Virus record (IMG/VR): IMGVR_UViG_3300046163_000090
Coordinates: 1-64,000 of that record
Source: a virus
Strand: one strand, 5' to 3'
DNA: 64,000 bases
The position numbers and the translations under genes are program-made. Numbering within the stretch: position 1 is the stretch's first letter; every line of letters begins with the position of its first letter. Under the pieces are notes generated by a model. The model ran no database searches and had not been told where the DNA came from. It was given only the letters and a program-made list of their open reading frames with translations. Positions 59,654 to 64,000 of the stretch are shown in pieces.

Positions 59654-60470
59654 AAACTTCAAAGCTAGCTATGTAGATCAAAATTTTAAAAATAAACAGC
59701 AATCGTTTATTCGACTTTCTATTCTTTGGAACCATTTTCTATATAGACCAGAAGATCATACTGAAAAAACTGTTCCTGCGGTTGATTGGTTGAGTTACTG
59801 TGATAAACACATCCATCACCCAAAGCCAGACGAAAGTATATTTACTTGCTATAATGGATGCAAGGATATTGCTATTGTGATGATGTATACTCCAGAAATA
59901 TATGACTTCGCCGTGCATTCAGAAAAGAGCATTCAACAGTATGCTGAATATCAGGGTTATACTCTCTATGTATACAGAGATAACTTAGATAAATCTCAAC
60001 ACCCAAATTGGTCTAAACCTCAAGCTTTATTAAATCATATGAGCCACCATAGCCACATTATATGGATGGATTCAGATACTTTAATATTTAATCCAGAAAA
60101 AAAACTAGAGTCAATTATAGAAAAAGCTCCAAAGAAATTCATACTTGCAACAAAAGATATCGGCGATCATTGCATGCTAAATAGCGGGGTATTAATATTT
60201 AAGTCCCATAATTATACTAAAAACTTAATCACAAAATGGCGCGATTTTAATGGAGACAAATCCTCGCTATACGCAAGCGGCGGAGATCAAGAGATATTTT
60301 GCGAGATTTTAAGAAAAAGCGATAGTTTTGGTTTTAATAGGAAAATATTTGAAATGAACGAATTTAATACCGATCCTAGATTAGTAAATAAAGACACATT
60401 TATATTACACTTTATGGCCTACCCAGATCCTCTTAAAAAAATCTTTATGTCATACTGGCATTCAAAATAA
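59646..60470 (+). CDS. GT-A glycosyltransferase, GT34/GMA12-MNN10-like
   Basis: YAEYQGY, WSKPQAL, IIWMDSD (DxD), LNSGVLIFK, GGDQE, FILHF. Confidence 0.85.
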   Translation: MSKNFKASYVDQNFKNKQQSFIRLSILWNHFLYRPEDHTEKTVPAVDWLSYCDKHIHHPKPDESIFTCYNGCKDIAIVMMYTPEIYDFAVHSEKSIQQYAEYQGYTLYVYRDNLDKSQHPNWSKPQALLNHMSHHSHIIWMDSDTLIFNPEKKLESIIEKAPKKFILATKDIGDHCMLNSGVLIFKSHNYTKNLITKWRDFNGDKSSLYASGGDQEIFCEILRKSDSFGFNRKIFEMNEFNTDPRLVNKDTFILHFMAYPDPLKKIFMSYWHSK

Positions 60471-60516
60471 TTAAAAAAAAATTTCACAAAATTAAATTTT
60501 TGTTGTAACATAAGGT

Positions 60517-61407
60517 ATGGCAAAGATATTCTCTGTTGAGAAATTATCTATTAATGGCGATAATATTCGCCTTAAATCGTCAGGCGCTGACAAGTTTGAA
60601 ATTACAGACTCGAATGACAGCGTCCTTATGAGTAAAGCTTCCATTGAAACCGATGTTGACAGCCTTAACTCTCAAGACTCCACAAACCTCGCCTCAGTTA
60701 ACTCTTCGATTGAAAGTTTGTCTACTCTTGAAGCTGCTGACGTATCCGCATTAGATGCTGACGTTCTTAGCCTTAACGCTCAAGACTCCACAAACCTCGC
60801 CGCAGTTAACTCTTCGATTGAAAGTTTGTCTACTCTTGAAGCTAATGACGTATCCGCATTAGATGCTGACGTTCTTAGCCTTAACGCTCAAGACTCCACA
60901 AACCTCGCCGCAGTTAACTCTTCGATTGAAAGTTTGTCTACTCTTGAAGCTAATGACGTATCCGCATTAGATGCTGACGTTCTTAGCCTTAACGCTCAAG
61001 ACTCCACAAACCTCGCCGCAGTTAACTCTTCGATTGAAAGTTTGTCTACTCTTGAAGCTAATGACGTATCCGCATTAGATGCTGACGTTCTTAGCCTTAA
61101 CACTCAAGACTCCGCAAACCTCGCCACAGTTAACTCTTCGATTGCAAGCATAGCTAGTTTGGTTGGTGATAATGATGTGGTTGCGATATCTACGGATCTT
61201 CTTACATCAGACAACGATTCTAAAACAATTAGTTTTGGTCGTACTTTTGATTCTGCTCCTACAGTTACAGCATCTATGCAAGCTGGAGCAACAGATCCAA
61301 TTATTGGAGTTCAAATCAGTGCTATCAGCACAACTGAATGTACTCTTCAGTTCTCCGATGATATTCCTAACGGAAATTATAAAGTTAAAATCTTAGCTTC
61401 CATATAA
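60517..61407 (+). CDS. Coiled-coil fibre protein with 36-aa tandem repeats and a C-terminal H-type-lectin-like tip
   Basis: 4.5 repeats of SLNAQDSTNLAAVNSSIESLSTLEANDVSALDADVL; C-terminus TISFGRTFDSAPTVTASM..FS..NY; followed by a strong terminator. Confidence 0.7.
   Translation: MAKIFSVEKLSINGDNIRLKSSGADKFEITDSNDSVLMSKASIETDVDSLNSQDSTNLASVNSSIESLSTLEAADVSALDADVLSLNAQDSTNLAAVNSSIESLSTLEANDVSALDADVLSLNAQDSTNLAAVNSSIESLSTLEANDVSALDADVLSLNAQDSTNLAAVNSSIESLSTLEANDVSALDADVLSLNTQDSANLATVNSSIASIASLVGDNDVVAISTDLLTSDNDSKTISFGRTFDSAPTVTASMQAGATDPIIGVQISAISTTECTLQFSDDIPNGNYKVKILASI
60661..61144. repeat. 108-bp coding tandem repeat, ~4.5 copies
   Basis: Unit starts agccttaac at 60661, 60769, 60877, 60985 and 61093; central copies are essentially identical. 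Confidence 0.97.
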
Positions 61408-61432
61408 TTCGAAAGGAATTAATTCTTAACCT

Positions 61433-61461
61433 AGGTAGCCCTTTCGGGGGCTACCTTTTTT
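61433..61461 (+). terminator. Intrinsic terminator
   Basis: aggtagccc-tttcgg-gggctacct GC-rich stem-loop followed by a T tract, ~25 nt after the stop at 61407. Confidence 0.9.
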
Positions 61462-61477
61462 ATGTGTAAAATATATT

Positions 61478-62155
61478 ATGGACGACTGGACCGATCTTTT
61501 TAAAAAAAGACAAAAAGATGAACTCGGGGCTTATATTCCTGAAAATGCTCGATTTAAAGAATCTAGTGAAATTTCAAGTGAAGTAAACGAAGAGGCTCAC
61601 AAAAAAGCTTTAGATAAAAAATTTAAAAAACTTAAACATCAAATATCTTATTTGGATATAGAGTTAGAGGATGTTACTGTAAATTTCAAACACGCACAAA
61701 AGACTTTTATACAAACAATGTTTGAATACTGTTCTCGAAAAAAAATACATTCTCCGTTTGAATCTTGTGAATCTAAAGTAGAAAAAAATAATGATAGCCC
61801 TGAACAAATAAAAGATTTATATAGAGAAATTGCAAAAATTACTCACCCAGATAAAAATCGTGATTTATCTGATGAAGAATCAGAGTATATGGCGAACCTA
61901 TATTACGAAGCTAGCGAGGGCAAAACTTCTGGAGATTTTCACAAAATCTTAAGTGTTGCAATGGATTTAAATATAGAAATCCAAAACATTAATCCAGAGA
62001 TACTAGATACTATGCATTCTGAAATTAAAAAGATGAAGAAAAAAATATCAAAAATGAAAAATGATATTATGTATAAATGGTTTTATGCAGATGAAAATCA
62101 ACAACAAAAGATATTTGAAACTATTACTAAAGACTGTAAACTTATTAATCAATAA
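61478..62155 (+). CDS. J-domain (DnaJ-like) protein
   Basis: EQIKDLYREIAKITHPDKN: helix II plus HPD motif of J-domains, flanked by coiled coils. Confidence 0.8.
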   Translation: MDDWTDLFKKRQKDELGAYIPENARFKESSEISSEVNEEAHKKALDKKFKKLKHQISYLDIELEDVTVNFKHAQKTFIQTMFEYCSRKKIHSPFESCESKVEKNNDSPEQIKDLYREIAKITHPDKNRDLSDEESEYMANLYYEASEGKTSGDFHKILSVAMDLNIEIQNINPEILDTMHSEIKKMKKKISKMKNDIMYKWFYADENQQQKIFETITKDCKLINQ

Positions 62156-63041
62156 TAAATGCCGCAACTTCTAAAGCGTAGTTGTTTGATGGTAATCTAG
62201 ATGAAAATACAAATTTAGCTCCATTTAATCCAACTGCACCTTCAAGCCTATAAGCCACAATCGGATCTTCTTCATTCCTACTTCTAAGAGTAGCTAATAC
62301 GGTTGGAGTAGTTTCTGGATTGTAAGAGTTGGACCAATCTACGAATAGTTCGTCTTGTCCTTGAGGTATAATAATAGTCTCAGCGAATCCGTTTATTTTG
62401 CTTGCCGATATATCTAGCTTTACTGCATCAATTTGTTCTTGAATTGAATCTAATTGAGTTAATACTTCCTTGAGATCTTCAACCTCTTGAGCTAAATCTT
62501 TGCTTTCCTGCATTTGATAGTTTGCATCTTCTACGCCGCCATCTACACCAGCCACTTGTAAAGGTAATGATCCATACATGTTATATGAATGCACCATTTT
62601 TTCAAGTAAAGCCATTGCGTCCCTAGATGAATCTTGGAATATTTTAGCTGAAGTATTTTTAGATGTAGATGTTGCTATAGATCTTCTAATTGAGGTGTCA
62701 CCCTCTCTAAGCTCTACCCAGTCTGTGACCCCATCTGTTGTAGTTGTTGTTGATGAAGTGGTTGTCGCATTTCTGAGAACATTCCTGGCTTGCTTTTGCA
62801 TATAATCCTTAAGATACAGCTGTGTGAAGATCGCTTTTTCTTCATACTGCAATGCGGGTTGAACTTCGTCCTTTATTTTATTTAAATGAAAATCTGTATT
62901 CAATAAAGTATTAATTTGCCCAAGATTAACATCAAGGTAACCTGAGATCAGGAGAGCATTCCTTTCTCTTTCTAGAGATGAAGAATGATCCCCGAACTCA
63001 ATGTCCCATATATGATATGCTAGCTCGCCGAGCTGATTCAT
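62145..63041 (-). CDS. Putative head-tail adaptor with a C-terminal coiled coil and H-type-lectin-like domain
   Basis: Helical N-terminal domain with ELREGDTSI (adaptor-like), two genes downstream of the capsid gene; C-terminus is similar to that of 60517..61407. Confidence 0.5.
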   Translation of the reverse strand: MNQLGELAYHIWDIEFGDHSSSLERERNALLISGYLDVNLGQINTLLNTDFHLNKIKDEVQPALQYEEKAIFTQLYLKDYMQKQARNVLRNATTTSSTTTTTDGVTDWVELREGDTSIRRSIATSTSKNTSAKIFQDSSRDAMALLEKMVHSYNMYGSLPLQVAGVDGGVEDANYQMQESKDLAQEVEDLKEVLTQLDSIQEQIDAVKLDISASKINGFAETIIIPQGQDELFVDWSNSYNPETTPTVLATLRSRNEEDPIVAYRLEGAVGLNGAKFVFSSRLPSNNYALEVAAFIID

Positions 63042-63427
63042 TATTCGTTAATAATTCTTAGTATTTCTTCAGCTTTTTTTGATTTTGGATCAACAATAGG
63101 CTTAGATGATGTGCTTGCGCCGTACCTACCATTAGTCCTATTTTCGTACTCTTTAATTAATTTGTTTTTTAGAGTTGTTTTTGTTCCAGAAGGAAATACT
63201 CCAGCTTGCACTGCAATTTCCTGAAGCTGCGAGAGTCCCATAGTGGAAACTGCATCCTCAAAGCTCTCTCCGCTAGCCAATTGAAATGGATCCCTCTTGC
63301 TAACTGACATTAATTCTTCTACTGTTTTTGCAACATCTTTACGATTATCTGCTTTTTTACCATCTGCATACTGCATTGGCTTCTTTGTAGAAGTTTTTTT
63401 AGTTGTTTTCTTTTTACTTGTTGCCAT
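63041..63427 (-). CDS. Hypothetical basic protein, possible Rho-N/HeH-like helical domain
   Basis: K/T-rich N-terminus; MGLSQLQEIAVQAGV...KTTLKNKLI; directly downstream of the capsid gene. Confidence 0.6.
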   Translation of the reverse strand: MATSKKKTTKKTSTKKPMQYADGKKADNRKDVAKTVEELMSVSKRDPFQLASGESFEDAVSTMGLSQLQEIAVQAGVFPSGTKTTLKNKLIKEYENRTNGRYGASTSSKPIVDPKSKKAEEILRIINE

Positions 63428-63477
63428 AATAAACCTTACATTTTAAAGTTGTATACACATATAATATGCTTAATAAA

Positions 63478-63508
63478 CAAAAAATCCACCGAAAAGGTGG
63501 ATTTTTTG
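63478..63508 (-). terminator. Intrinsic terminator after the capsid gene (potentially bidirectional)
   Basis: caaaaaatccacc-gaaaa-ggtggattttttg, a perfect 13-bp inverted repeat with A/T tracts on both sides. Confidence 0.88.
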
Positions 63509-63532
63509 ATAAAGAATATTGATTGCAATATC

Positions 63533-64000
63533 TTACACTACGATACCGAAAAGAGCTCGGTTGTCAAGAATCATACGACCTTCTTCAACAGATCCATAGT
63601 ATCCGATCTTGGACTGGCGAACACTGTATTGATCGTCAGCAACCAAGGAGAACTCGGAACCTGTTTCAGAATCGGTAGCAACTGCACGAAGCATAGATTC
63701 AACACGTTTGTCAAGACCAATAACGATTTCGTGATCAGCATCAGCAAATCCTACACCAGTCGAAACACGGTTAGCATCGCTGTCAAGAGCTTCGAAAAGC
63801 TTATTGAAGCGTTGACCTTTACCCATTTCTTGAAGCTCCATGATGTTAATACCATAGAATTCAGGAATACCACCGTTAGAGTAAACAGCTTCACGCATGC
63901 TATCAGTAGCAGTGATGTCTGTGTTATTTCCACGAGTGTTAATTGGGTTATAAGCCATTTCACGAAGGCCTTGTACAACTTCAGGAGAAACGATCAAGTC
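63533..64000 (-). CDS. Probable major capsid protein, C-terminal part (HK97-like fold); 5' end lies outside the window
   Basis: Frame is open to the window edge (DLIVSPE..). LIVSPE, FYGINI, IVIGLD and KIGYYG..EEGRMILDNRALFGIVV follow the HK97-fold C-terminal pattern; codon usage looks biased and a strong terminator follows. Confidence 0.7.
   Translation of the reverse strand, partial: DLIVSPEVVQGLREMAYNPINTRGNNTDITATDSMREAVYSNGGIPEFYGINIMELQEMGKGQRFNKLFEALDSDANRVSTGVGFADADHEIVIGLDKRVESMLRAVATDSETGSEFSLVADDQYSVRQSKIGYYGSVEEGRMILDNRALFGIVV

Noticed and set aside
1-64000. Eukaryotic giant virus or bacterial adhesin locus as the source; tRNA, rRNA or IS elements
   Set aside because: TMP plus gpM/L/K/I/J, RBS-like motifs and intrinsic terminators indicate a tailed phage. 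Intergenic gaps are very short and no RNA gene or transposase was recognised.

Overview
AT-rich window from a large tailed dsDNA phage with a siphovirus-like, lambda/T5-type tail tip. It is almost entirely the virion morphogenesis region. Minus strand, right to left: C-terminal part of a probable major capsid protein, a small basic protein and a probable head-tail adaptor; then, after a 34-kb plus-strand block, probable head-closure, tail-completion and terminator genes, a mucin-like protein with a cupredoxin-like domain, the tail tube protein, a tube paralogue fused to adhesion domains, and a giant (>5,300 aa) Calx-beta/PKD/LamG/RCC1 protein that runs off the left edge. Plus-strand block: two paralogous tail chaperones, a 4,252-aa tape measure protein (TMP), two more tube-fold proteins, lambda gpM/gpL/gpK homologues, a gpI-gpJ fusion, a fibre-like protein, three glycosyltransferases, a repeat fibre and a J-domain protein. 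Main candidates for new biology: (1) the TMP has a ~1,600-aa central array of unrelated, mostly basic modules (nuclease-like, possibly GNAT-like) punctuated by ten copies of a G-[FHIVY]-[IVL]-P-N-F-like motif, suggesting a processed polyprotein that delivers effectors on injection; (2) three glycosyltransferases alongside thousands of residues of mucin-like T/S/P/Q tracts and a strong [ST]G bias, suggesting virion glycosylation; (3) a recurrent GTGTA element upstream of ten gene starts, a candidate late promoter. All family assignments come from reading motifs by eye; no searches were run and the host cannot be determined from this window.
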